A stretch of 64,000 bases of DNA. Origin: Mobula hypostoma. Its lineage: Eukaryota. The position numbers and the translations under genes are program-made. Below, in pieces: positions 25,840 through 37,410 of the stretch. Every line of letters begins with the position of its first letter. The first letter of the stretch is position 1. Below the pieces are notes generated by a model. The model was not told where the DNA came from and ran no database searches. It was given only the letters and a program-made list of their open reading frames with translations. The stretch spans positions 97,404,001 through 97,468,000 of the forward strand of contig NC_086107.1 of the NCBI RefSeq assembly GCF_963921235.1, written 5' to 3'.

Positions 25840-26528
25840 CTGCCATTTCAGGAAATGCACAAAGGAAGAAGATACTTGCCTCTGCAGCTCGAGAAGAGCG
25901 TGGAAGGGCTACCCACAAACCTCGATCAGCTCAGGAATCAGAGCAACCCCACAGCTCACTGAGCGCCATCTTGTCCTTGATGGTGAAAATGACCACCCCA
26001 CCATTTTCCCCGACGATGCCTGTTTGGGCACACGTCAAGCATCATTTAAGTGTCATGGAGTAACACAGGATCGAACCAGGCCCTGTGGCCCAGTTGGTGC
26101 TGACACTCAAACCTATTCACACTACTTTATTCTGGCCAGATTCCCATCAGCTACCCCCAACCTTAGATTCTAACCTTTACTAACCCACGGGGGCTGATTT
26201 ACAATGGGCAATTAACCCCCTGACTGGCATGTCTGAGAGAATGTGGGGGGGGCACTCAGAGAAAGCCATCACAGTCACAGGGAGAACATGCAAACTCCAC
26301 ACAGACAGAAGAGGAGGTGGGGTCCGAGACTGGGCAACTGGCGCTGCCAGGCCAGCAGCACTACCTGCTGCTCCACTTTTTTTGAGAGCTACTGACCCCC
26401 CACCCCCACCCCTGCCAGCACCTGCGCACAGCTCTTTCCTGGAACTGGCACCCCCCTCTCAATGAGAACCCCTCCTCTCTTTTTAGCCCTTCCACGTAAC
26501 CACTCCCCCACCCCACCCCGCCACCTAC

Positions 26529-26727
26529 CCCGGGGTCTCATTGCACAGGGAGGAGCAAACCCGTTCTCCAGCCGGCGGGAGTACCCAGACATTCCATGGC
26601 ATCTCACGGGTACCTGAGACCAGGCTGGAGCTCTGCTTCGAGCCTGAGCATGGGGGTAGCATTCGCAGAGGGGCAGGAGCCACCGTCCTGTCAGAGGGAG
26701 TCGGTAGCTGGACTGTTTTGTGGTGGC
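26529..26727 (-). pseudogene. GREB1-family relic exon
   Basis: Poly-T tract plus aag| acceptor. TGRWLLPLCECY vs recalled SGLLLYLCDSF. Confidence 0.55.
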
Positions 26728-26936
26728 CTTTGACAATGTTGAGCAAAAAAAAAAGACAAATCTGTAATGTATATTTTTATTAAGCTAAAAACCTGAATCC
26801 TCATCAACAGGGATATAAGTAATGATTTGTGGAACCTAGATTGTAGAATCCGTCAAACTGTCTGTACAGTAATATATATGATTATTTAAACATTGGGGAG
26901 CTGGGACTAGTGTGTTTTCAACACCCTGAAACCTAC

Positions 26937-27231
26937 CAGTGGGACTCTCGCCAACATTCATATCCCACTTCCACTGCTGCCCAGATCTGATTGGCTGGTG
27001 GATTGACCAATCCCTCCCTTCCCCTAGGCACGCAGAGAACAGCGGTGCCAGTGTGGCCGATTGGAAGCTCTTCCCGACGGGAGAATCTGGCCCTGACTTG
27101 CAGGCCGGGTTCCCCTCTCGCGTAAGTGCCCTCGTTATCAAGGCTGGTCCGTGATCTGACTTTGGTCTCTGAGAGATGTAATCCTTCCTGTCATGAGAAC
27201 CTTCAGGGCTGGGCGTGGCACACCTGCCAGC
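26937..27231 (-). pseudogene. GREB1-family relic exon (frame still open)
   Basis: DYISQRPKSDH...DSPV vs recalled QYICAPDSEH...RSPV. Acceptor at 27231 or 27223; donor gtaggt at 26936. Confidence 0.55.
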
Positions 27232-27280
27232 CTTCAGGAGTGACAGAGACAGTGGAAACCCGGCAGATTCTAAGAGAGAA

Positions 27281-27676
27281 GTAACACACATCAAAGTTGC
27301 TGGTGAACGCAGCAGGCCAGGCAGCATCTCTAGGAAGAGGTACAGTCGATGTTTCAGGCTGAGACCCTTCGTCAGGACTAACTGAAGGAAGAGTGAGTAA
27401 GTGATTTGAAAGTTGGAGGGGGAGGGGGAGATCCAAAATGATAGGAGAAGACAGAAGGGGGAGGGATGGAGCCAAAAGCTGTCTAAACTTCTTCGGTGTA
27501 GGCATCACCGGAAGAGGCTTCGCAGTAGTGAATTTAAAAACGCAAACGAAGGGTCTCGGCCTGAAACGTCGACTGTACCTCTTCCTAGAGATGCTGCCTG
27601 GTCTGCTGCGTTCACCAGCAACTTTGATGTGTGTTGCTTGAATTTCCAGCATCTGCAGAATTCCTGTTGTTTGCGT
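27281..27676. mobile_element. Young Penelope-derived element with inverted pLTR arms
   Basis: 27281-27372 is the reverse complement of about 27546-27637, with 4 mismatches in about 92 nt. Confidence 0.85.
27343..27380 (-). ncRNA. Minimal type I hammerhead ribozyme motif in a Penelope pLTR
   Basis: UAGUC-CUGACGA-AGGGUCUCAGCCU-GAAAC-AUC/GACUG. Stem I pairs and the core boxes are intact. Stem III reads ACAU instead of palindromic ACGU. Confidence 0.65.
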
Positions 27677-27749
27677 TTCTAACAGAGAAGGCTGGAAATA
27701 CTCAGTGGGCCAGAAACAGAGGTTACAGGTTGATATAAACTGGAAAGGC

Positions 27750-27832
27750 TGGTTATCTGATATTGTTTAATCCAATGTGGAGCTCCAACTGAAATGTTGG
27801 TCCTCAGGTTTATGTTGGACCTTGACGGGACA
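27750..27832 (-). pseudogene. GREB1-family relic exon
   Basis: gtgtcttacag| then SNINLRTNISVG vs recalled GREB1L DADFNLRTNSSG. Confidence 0.55.
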
Positions 27833-28097
27833 CTGTAAGACACAGCGGTGAGGACAGGAGTGGAACGGGGAATTAAAGAGACATCATCATCATCAGGTGC
27901 CACGCCCAGTTTGAGCTCTGACTGCCATGGCCCACACACTCCTGAGACACCCTTCTCAATCCTTCAAAAATGATAATTGTGTAGCTTGTGTTAGAGAAAA
28001 CCCTCATACACCAAACCCCCCCCCCCCACCCACCAGAAGCAGCCCTATCCACACAGGACTGTAACCCCGGCCCCCTTCCTCTATGAAAACCCAAAAC

Positions 28098-28355
28098 CTG
28101 AAGGGCAGCTGAGACAAAGACCCAGTGCTGAGATCCGGATCTCCCTCCACACTGAGATGGGACCGCACGCTGTAGTTTAAATGCTCCCGCGATGAGCGCT
28201 TGATGGCAGGAAGCTGTAAATTGAGAGCGCGTTCGGCCTTTGGCCAGCATGGACAGATGGTGAGAGTGAGCAGTGAGTTTCCGGCAGAGGTGCAGGAAGT
28301 GTGTTGGGGAATTGCCAATGAACCAGGCAATGTCACAGATCTGAACGGCTCACAC
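28098..28355 (-). pseudogene. GREB1-family relic exon (frame still open)
   Basis: cctgcctttgcag| then SLAIPQH...W...YSVRSHLSVEGD vs recalled SLKHIMQH...W...LNVDLTQNVQYD. The donor (gttttg) is weak. Confidence 0.5.
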
Positions 28356-29309
28356 CTGCAAAGGCAGGAAGATGTTCAGATAAAGAGCGGATTCTCACCA
28401 CCCCTGATAACAGACAATAAGACTATGACACAGGAGCAGAGTTAGGCCATTCGGCCCATTGAGTCTGTTGCACCATTCCATTACGGCCGATTTATTATCC
28501 TTCTCAACCCCATTTTCCTGCCTTCTCTCCATAACTTTTGACATCCTTACTAATCAAGAACCTATCAACCACCAGTTTAAATATACATAATGACTTGGCC
28601 TCCACAACCACCCGTATTGAATTGAATTGAATTGACTTTATTTCTTACATCCTTCACATACATGAGGAGTAAAAATTTTGACGTTACATCTCCATCTAAA
28701 TGTGCAATCATAGTAATTTATAATAAATAGAACAGTCAATGTAATATAGAGTACACTCAGATCTGCGTGAGTTCATCAGTCTGATGGTCTGGTGGAAGAA
28801 GCTGTCCTGGAGCCTATTGGTCCTGGCTTTTATGCTGCGGTACCACTTCCCGGATGGTAGCAGCTGGAATAGATTGTGGTTGGGATAACTTGTGTCCCCA
28901 ATGAACCTATTTACACACCCTCATCTGAGGCAAAAAATCCTCAGATTCACCAATCTTTGGATAAGAAATCCTTTGTAAAGGGACATCTTTGTTTTCTGAG
29001 TCTATGCCCTCTGATCCTAGATTCCGTCACTATAGGAAACATCCTCTCCAGGCTCAATCTATCCAAGCCTTTCCATATTTGATAGGTTTCAATGAGGATC
29101 CCTCATTCCTCCAAATTCCAGTGAGCACAGGTGTACAGCCATCAAATACTCCTCAAGCGTTAATCCTTTTGTACTTGGCATCCTCCTCTAGACTCTCATT
29201 GAACACAGTCACATAATCACATATCAACACGCGTCTATACTTCTGTGTGTATCATCCATTTTATATCTGCCACCACCCCCCCGCCCCCCGCCGGCCCACC
29301 CTTGCCCTG

Positions 29310-29623
29310 GTGTGAAGAAGAGGTGACTTCAATGTGAAACCCCATGTCCACTTCTAACTTAGAACCAAGGTAGGATCTAGGGACAGGTCCTTTGAGCCGT
29401 TCTGCCGTTTATTAGATCTGTGAGAAGAGCAGGCAGACCTCTTCCACAAGCAGCACACCTACCGGGTTACTGTGAAAAGGAAAGTGTGTTCCTTCACCTT
29501 AACTGCCTGGAGGTGCAGGAGCCAACTGGCTCTCAATTTGACGGTATTTGGGATCAATGCACGTTTGGCCACTTTCTCAGTTCCAGCTCTGAGCTTGTCA
29601 CTCTTGTTTCATTATTTATCGTC
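29310..29623 (-). pseudogene. GREB1-family relic exon (glycosyltransferase-like region)
   Basis: ctctttctacag| then RKWPNVH*SQIPSN*EPVGS // VKEHTF // PTLVLS vs recalled [29 protein letters not shown]...PFIVIS. Confidence 0.6.
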
Positions 29624-30105
29624 CTGTAGAAAGAGGAGAGAGAATTGGCCATTCAGTGCCCTGAGCCTGTTGTGTCACTCATTAGGATTATGGCTGACCT
29701 GACAATAGATGCTCCACCTTCCCACCTCATCCCCATAGCCCCCAGATCCCCTGTAGTCAACATCTGCGCACCTCCGCCAGGGATATACTCAGTGACTCTG
29801 CCTCCACAGCTCTCAGGAGAGAAAATCTCTAAGGCTCTGGACTCCGAAAAGAAATGCCTCCTCTTCTCCACCTAAAATAGCAACCCCTTCTTCTTGCTTT
29901 CCTTTCCCCAGGCTTCTAGATCCCCTACTATCTCCCAGCCTCCGAATCTTCCACCTAAAATTGCCTCCCATTCCTCAACCTGCAAGGAGTTTTGGCCAAA
30001 GCAACTCACTTAATCCTGGGTCCCTTCCCATCATCCCAGCAATCACCCTGGAGAATGTTCTCGGATCAGTACTCAACGGCCTAGGAGCTTGGCAGAAGGA
30101 TTCAC

Positions 30106-30318
30106 CTTCAGCCTGTTGTTGGCTGGCGTGCACACAATGGGCAGAATAGCCTCCATCTGTGTGGATGTTTATATAATTCTTCGAACTGGTACACTCTTTT
30201 TTTCCCCATTTAAAGTGATAAAGAACTTTCTTCCCAGCATGCTGCTGCAGGAGAGCAGAGTCCACATGGTACTACTGGGAAGCAGGGACTGTCGCTGTCG
30301 GGGATTGTGGTAAAGAGT
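30106..30318 (-). pseudogene. GREB1-family relic exon (best match)
   Basis: TLYHNPRQRQSLLPSSTMWTLLSCSSMLGRKFFI...*TSTQMEAILPIVCTPANNRLK|gtgaat vs recalled TFHHCEQCRQ...[23 protein letters not shown]...GQLESMRLPLVTDKSHEYIK. One in-frame TAA. Confidence 0.72.
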
Positions 30319-31032
30319 CTATCCTATTCAGTGGGATGAACCAGTTGGTATGCGAAGGAAACAGCGAATGCTGGAACCATCCAGCAGGACAGGCAGCATT
30401 TGTAGACGGATAGAACTAACCTTCCAGCCTGACGACCTTTCACCAGAACTTGTCCATTCTGATTACTTTTTTAATACTGAAACCTTAACCCAGTTTCTCT
30501 CTCTACAGATGCTCCCTAGCCACGGAGAGATTCCAGCATTCTCTGTCTTTATCTTAGGATTTCAGCATCTGCGGTTTTTATTTTAACCTATGAGCTATTG
30601 GAGATTTCACTTAGTTGGCCCAAGACCCAATATCACCAATTTTCTCACCTTTTAGGAGCACCTTATTGGCATGACACAGGCCATTCAGCCCATTGTTGGC
30701 TTCTATCAGAGTGATCCCCCAAGTCCCTTCCTGGTGCACCTGCATCTCATTCTCTCCCCCATGTCCATCCATTCCTCTTTAGTGCTTGTTGGCCTCTGGC
30801 GCCTCCATCAAGGCCACCAAGGTACCGAGGTCAGAAGCAGGTTGAGTGATAGATGGTGGGTGTCATTGATCACATCCAAACCAAAATTATTGGATGTGAT
30901 GGGAATCCTGGGAATTAGGGATGGGATAGGGAGCTGGAGTTGAAGTGGATAACTAGCTGTGATCTCATTGAATGATGGAACAGGGTCTGGGTCAGAATGC
31001 CCTTGATTATCCCTGTTCATTGTTATCTCCCC

Positions 31033-31345
31033 TCCTGGTTACCTTTGTTTCAGGCTACATCTGCCACTGGTAGCCTTTACCTCTGGTTACCTCTGACCCT
31101 CGTAATCTCTGCTCCTGGTTACCTCTGCCTTTGGTAACCTCTGACCCTGGTAACTTCTGACCCTGGCAATCTCTCTTCCTGGTTACCTATGCCCTTGGTG
31201 ACCTATGACTCTGGCAACTTCTGACCCTGGCAATCTCTCTTCCTGGTAACCTCTAATCCTGATAACCTCTGACCCTGGCAATCTCTCCTCCTGTTTACCT
31301 CTATTCCTGGTTACCCCTACCCCTGGTTACTTCTGTTCCTGGCCC
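31033..31345. repeat. Degenerate 16-bp minisatellite
   Basis: Unit approximately CCTGGTTACCTCTGAC. Confidence 0.85.
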
Positions 31346-31489
31346 TCATGCTAGCTATTCCGACCCAAAGGCCTTGCCTGGGAAGGTAAACACAATATCG
31401 AGCAGCAAAAGTAATCACAGGCCTGTGAGAGCTGAGGTGGGAGTGTCAGATCTGAAGAGTGGCTCTACCAAAGTGCAAGTAAAGGAGAG

Positions 31490-32021
31490 ATGGGCTGAAG
31501 GATCTCATTCAGTTCTAAGCATTCACCAGAATCGTGCCGGACTTTTCCGAACCACGATTCTCCATTCACCTCCCACCAGCCTTGGCCTTGGGCCTGCTCC
31601 CCAGTGCAGAGCTATCTCCATAGTTACCAGTGAGGAGGAAGCCTAAGGCCAGAGTACCGGCTTCCTGCAGCCTGGGCCCTGAATGCCTGCAGATTATAGG
31701 GAAGGAGGGCCCAGTCAATGTGGTGCGCCAAGACCAGAGTTTGGTTTTCAATTTTACAGAGGAAATCCAGCTGGTCACTCGTCCGTTACACTTCTCCACA
31801 ACTGTACAGAAGAGCAAATTTTCTTTCAATGTGCCCTTCCTCCTGCTGCCTGTAAATGTACCGTAGATTTATGTTACTCATTCGATGAAAGCAGCCTCCA
31901 TTCCCACCAGGCAAATGTTCTCTTCGATGTTATCAGGGGCAGTTCTTTACGTCGCCTTCTATTTGCCAGCTGGAGCTTTCCAGTGCTGTAAATTCGGAGC
32001 TTTTGACTTCCTCACACCATC
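31490..32021 (-). pseudogene. GREB1-family relic segment around the Walker-A-like LTGPPQVGKTG motif
   Basis: LPLITSKRTF (31912-31942) vs LPPVVILSKAAY; RTTLTGPS (31704-31727) vs RLLLTGPP; EKSGTILVNA*N*MR (from 31547) vs GKTGSYLQFLRILFR. Frameshifts separate the blocks. Confidence 0.55.
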
Positions 32022-32149
32022 CTGAGTTGTAATTATAGAACAGGATTTTATAAATAAATCTGGTTTTGTACTATAGTGAACTTTCTACATCTGAGGGCTG
32101 AGATGTGTAGCCAGTGTGTCTGCACAGTGTGCTGTTGTCTATGGACCCA

Positions 32150-32950
32150 CCATTAGTCTGACTGCAATCCCCACCTGGTTCAGGGTGGGTCAGTGTGTCA
32201 GTAAGGGGGGAGGGGGGAGGCCTGACTCTCCTACCTGTAGCCAGGGTGGGCTGCAGGTGATGGCTGGTTTGTATGCTGTGGGGTTTGGGCTAGGCCTGTA
32301 TGATCGGTAATCTGTGGTTCCCTCGTGCTCACTTCACCAAGATCCCAACCGCATTGGGTCAGTCACTGGCAGTGGTCAGCCCCTTCGCCCCAATAGTCGA
32401 AACATGGTGGGGCACTCCGAAACATGGGAGCAACTGGCCAGAGGCATGGGGAACCCACGGCCACAACGTGGACTCAGCCAGTTATGCGTTTCAGTGCTGA
32501 TCTGATCTGTAAAATGGCCACCCGTTTCCATGGAAACCGGAGTGAAGGCCAGCTGGTGGCAGTGAGCGCCACCGTCCTGCTTCTGTCCAGCAGCCGCGAA
32601 GAGGGTCTGCTTCGGAGGAGGCTCCTTCACCAGATGGTTGCTGTGCGTAACCAGAGAATGTCACGCTCAGGTTTGCCTGGTTGCGGCGAAGCTTCAGGAT
32701 GTGAAAGTCCTCAAGTCCCACAAGGACTGGCAGATGGGGAATGCCCCAGCAGATGCCCCCATTCTCACTGGCATGACGCTTCCAGGTGGGATTTTACCAT
32801 CCCACCTCCGAGGAAGTCATGGTATTGCGTTGGAGCACCTTATGGGGTGATTTTCGGCTTGCTGGTGGGACAAGCCCATCTTCAGGGTCGTCCAGTCAAG
32901 GAGACCTCCTGCTTTCTGGAACCCAGGAACAGTCCTCCCCTCAGTGACCT
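32150..32950 (-). mobile_element. Ancient PIF/Harbinger transposase relic
   Basis: SAGAFPICQS, TVALTA, GFH and LLGRRG*PL occur in HARBI1 motif order (AGD..GISQS, THVAIKA, KGFH, LLGDKGYPL). Confidence 0.45.
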
Positions 32951-34539
32951 GAGATCAGGTTTCCCAAACTATTCTTTCTCCCAATTTTCCAGAGTTGGGA
33001 TTCAGCCGTCTCCCAGCCCTGACACGTGGGTGGACGGATTAATGGTGGAACTATTGGGAGACACAGATTGATTACTTGATGGACCAAGCTAAGAATGTTT
33101 AATAAAGTATTAATTATTCTATGTCTCCCGGTGCTGTGTTATTATTACACAAAAAGACAAAACAAATAGAAGAAAAGACCATCAGACCATAAAATACAGA
33201 AGTAAAATTAGTGCATTGAGTCTTCTCCACCATTCAATTACGGCTAATTCTTTTCAATGCTATTTTCCTGCTGACTCTCTATAACCCTTAACAATCAAGA
33301 ACCCATCAATCTCAGCCTTAAGTACACCAAGTGCTTGGCCTCCACTGCTCTCAATGGCAAAGAATTCCACCTCACCTCAGTTCTAATGGGATGGCCCTTT
33401 GTCCTGGTAGCTCTGCTCTGTGATCTCGGTCTCTTGTGCAGGTAGAAACATTCTCACCACATCCATTCTATGCAGAGTTTTCAGTAGCCAATAGGTTTCA
33501 ATAAGATCTCCCCTCGTCCTTCTGAACTCCATTGAGCACAGACCCAGAGGCACCAAGCGCTCCTCATACACCTTTCCAGGATCATTCTTGTGAACCTCCT
33601 CTGGACTGTCTCCACCCTAGATATGGGGCTCAAAATCCCTCACAATATTCCAAATGTGGTCTGACTGACATCCTTGCTTTTACATATTCTAGTCCTCCTG
33701 AAATGGATGCTAGCATTGTGTTTGGTTCCTTTCCGAACTTGGATTCAACAAAAACCAGGGGAGCGTGGGAAGTTGTGTGGGCCTCCTCACGAAAGATCAT
33801 GGAGATCTGTAGGTGCTTCATCCGATCTGAAGGAGCGGAGGAGAGAGATCCGGTATGAAAAGCCGAGGGAAAGGGGTGGGTGAGAGCTGATGGGTGGATC
33901 CATTTAAGGAGGAGTGACAGGTGCTGGGGGTGGGGATTGGGAGGTGACAATGAGCTGAGTATGATGAGATCTGATAGGAGAGGAAGGTGGAGCATAGAAT
34001 AAAGGGGGGAAATGGAAAGGGCAGATGAGAGGAAGGGGGGAATGGTGGGATGAGTGTGGGTAATGAGCAGATAGAGTGAGCAGAATGATATTCAATCTAA
34101 GGGAATTGGGGGTGCAGGAATTCACATTAAAAGGGTTGCTGGGCATGGGTAAGAGCACAGGTCAGGGTATTTTTAGCTTTCTTAATGGGTACAGGGGTTT
34201 TTATAGGATATGATGAATAAGCAGGAATAGGGTACTAGGATGGCCAACAATGAGAGGATAAAATGTAGGTTAGCGTATATATGTGTGTATGATTGGGTGA
34301 AGGAATTTGGAATGTAAGTCTATTGCACACTCCGGAGCAGTAGGTGGCAGTAATGCACCATTAAGCTGGGTGCCAATCGCCGTAAAACAAGAAGAAGAAG
34401 AAGAAGATGGAGTGAGCGGAGGAGGATGAGGCAATGATGGGAAACTGGACAGAAGGAGATAGAAAAAGGACAGAAGGGGAACAAGATCCTTGAAAGTGGG
34501 GAATTCTGTGATGTCTTCAATTTGCAGACAACCCAGCCA

Positions 34540-34960
34540 GAAAGCACAGTGCTGTCGCTCTACTTTGTGTTTAGCCTCACCCTGGCAGTGGAGGAGGCCG
34601 AGAACAGAGAGGTTGGTGTGGGAATGGGAAGTGGAAGGAAAATGATTGGTAATTGAGTGCTGGTGCTCGGCAAAGTGGTCGCCAAGTTTGCACTTGATCT
34701 CACGCTAATGCAATAAACCAGGCTGGAGGAGATGCAGGTGAATGTCTGCCTCACCTGGGAGAGCTGTGGGGAGCTGGATGGTGTGGAGGGAGGTGGTGTT
34801 ACACCTCCTGTAGTTGCAGGGGAGAGTGCCTGTGTGGGCGGGTGAGGAGGGTTGAGTGAGCCTGGGAGGCACTGAGAGAGTGGTCCCTACTGAAAGCAGA
34901 AAGGGTACAGAGAGAGGAGGATGAGGGTGGCGGTGGATCACATTGCATATTAAGAATGAA
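34540..34960 (-). mobile_element. Penelope GIY-YIG fragment, decayed
   Basis: GTLPCNYRRCNT and RQTFTCISSSLVYCI motifs. Confidence 0.7.
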
Positions 34961-36009
34961 GGGGAATGTTGGTTGTAGCTTGGTTTACAGTATAGGACAA
35001 TGAGTGATGGAGGAACTAACTCAGCCCTTGGTCTCTCTGGAGAGGGAGCTGGGGTGTAGCAGAGCTCACAAAGGTGGGTGCTTCAGCCTGGAGTTACTCC
35101 CTCCCTTTCCGGTTTCTAGGTGGGGGGATTATTAGTTCCGGTACCCAGGGACCTGGACTGCAGACGTGTGGATCACCCAGCCGGCCGGGAATTTAAACAG
35201 ACCAGGTTCACCTGAAACCCGTCCAGCTGTACAGGGGAGAGGACTGTCCTCCTCACTCAGTCTACTCAATGTATGCCTCGAGGCAAACAACAAGGTTGAT
35301 TCTCAACTGCCGTCCAAATCGAATGAGCTACCCAGTTCTGCGTCAGTCAGGGATGGCCAGCTCATGGTGGCAACGTCAACGGTGACCAAACATTCAAGGA
35401 TTCAAAGACTCAAAGTACACTTAGTATCAACCATGTATGGAGCATACAACCCCGAGAGTCATCTTCCCCACACACAGCCACAAAATAAAGAAAAAAAACT
35501 ATGGAACCCGTTCAAAGAAAAACATTAAATCCTCAACGTACAAAAAAAACCTGATTGTGCTAACGGCAAAAGAATGAGTGAAAAACATAGGTCCCAGGGG
35601 TGGATAAGGAACAAAAGACCATCATCACAAAGCACAGGGAGAGACGATTCAGGCCACAATATGTCCTTATGTATGTGTGAGTGACTGAGTGTGTATGTGT
35701 GCGAATACGTGTCTGTGTATACATGAGTGTGGTCAGCGGTGGAAGCTGAAAGTGAGAGCAGCAAACACTACCCGCTACAGTACCACACTAGACACAAAAA
35801 GGGGAGCCAAGTGAAATCTCTCTTTGCCAGTACACAGCCTCTCCAACAGCAAGCGTCACCCAGTGCCTCCTCACTGGCGACACACGGAAGCTGAGCTCCT
35901 TTCGGACTCAGGCTGAACTACAGGGGACAGGGAGGAGGTCTGGCCCCCGCTCACACAGCACGCAGGCCCACCGGAGTGTGGACATGCCCTGGAAAGAGGA
36001 AAAAGGTAC

Positions 36010-37410
36010 AAAGTTGTAGGTGATGGGTGAAACCAGGAGAGGGGGAGGAATGAAGTAAAGAGCTGGGAGGTCGATTGGTGAAAGAGATAAAGGGCTGAAG
36101 AAGGGAGAATCTGATAGGAGAGGAAGAAAAGGAAGGGGAAGGAGCACCAGAGGGAGGTGATGGGCAGGTAAGAAGATAAGGTGAGAGAAGGAATGGGAAT
36201 GGGGAATGGTGGAGGAGAAATGAGGAAGCAATCACCAGAAGTTCAAAAATCAATGTTCATGCCATCAGGTTAGAGGCTACCCATATCATATAACCATATC
36301 ACAATTACAGCACAGAAACAGGCCATCTCGGCTCTTCTAGTCCATGCCGAACTCTTACTCTCACCTAGTCCCACCGACCTGCACTCAGACCATAACCCTC
36401 CATTCCTTTCCTGTCCATATAGCTATCCAACTTAACCTTAAATGACAACATCGAACCTGCCTCAACCACTTCTGCTGGAAGCTCATTCCACACAGCTACC
36501 ACTCTCTGAGTAAAGAAGTTCCCCCTCATGTTACCCTCTAAACTTTCACCCTTTAACTCTCAACTCATGTCCTCTTGTTTGAATCTCCCCTACTCACAAT
36601 GGAAAAAGCCTATCCACGTCAACTCTATCTATCCCTCTCATAATTTTAAATACCTCTATCAAGTCTCCCCTCAACCTTCTACGCTCCAAAGAATAAAGAC
36701 CCAACTTGTTCAACCTTTCTCTGTAACTTAGGAGATGAAACTCAGGAATATAGGGTGTTGCTCCTCCAACTTGAGTGTGACCTCATTGCGACAGTAGAAG
36801 AGACTATGGACTGATGTGTTAGAATGGGAATGGGAAGTAGGATTGAAATGGGTGGCCACTGGGAGATCCTGCCTTTTCTGGTGGATGGAACATAGGTGCT
36901 CGGTGAAGCGGTCTCCTAGTCTACATCGGTTCTTACCAATATACAGGAGGCCACTCTGGGAGCACCAGTTACAGCAGATGACCCTAAAAGCCTCACATAA
37001 TTCTGGATCCAGCACATAATTATCCATATCCATGTCCAGTACATAATTCTCCCTAAACTCTGACATCTGTAATGGGATCTCACCACCATGCACATCTTTC
37101 CCTAACCCCCACTTTCCGCTTTCCGCAGGGATCGCTCCCTACGCGACTCCTTTGCCCATTCGTCCCTCCCCACTGACCTCCCTCCTGGCACTTCTCCTTG
37201 CAAGCAGAACAAGTGCTACACTTCCTCCCCCACTAGCATTCAGGGCCCCAAACGGTCCTTCCAGGTGAGGCGACACTTCACCTGTGAGTCTGTTGGGGGG
37301 TCATCTACTGTATCCGGAGCTCCGGGTGTGGTCTCCTGTATATCAGTGAGACCCGACGTAGATTGGGGGACCGCTTCACCAAGCACCTACGCTCCATCTG
37401 CCAGGAAAAG
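36010..37410. mobile_element. Penelope-like element with internal inversion and a nested CR1 3' fragment (36284-36735)
   Basis: The - strand reads LLYIGKNRCRLGDRFTEHL...LEEQHPIF (36750-37000) and resumes near 36283. A + strand GIY-YIG segment lies at 37090-37410. Confidence 0.8.

Noticed and set aside
26529..26727. MEI1 similarity (APLRM, PWN..AGE) and an apparent GREB1 WNV.....AGER match in another frame
   Set aside because: The spacing does not fit MEI1, and the WNV..AGER match is out of order with the other GREB1 blocks. Treated as coincidence.
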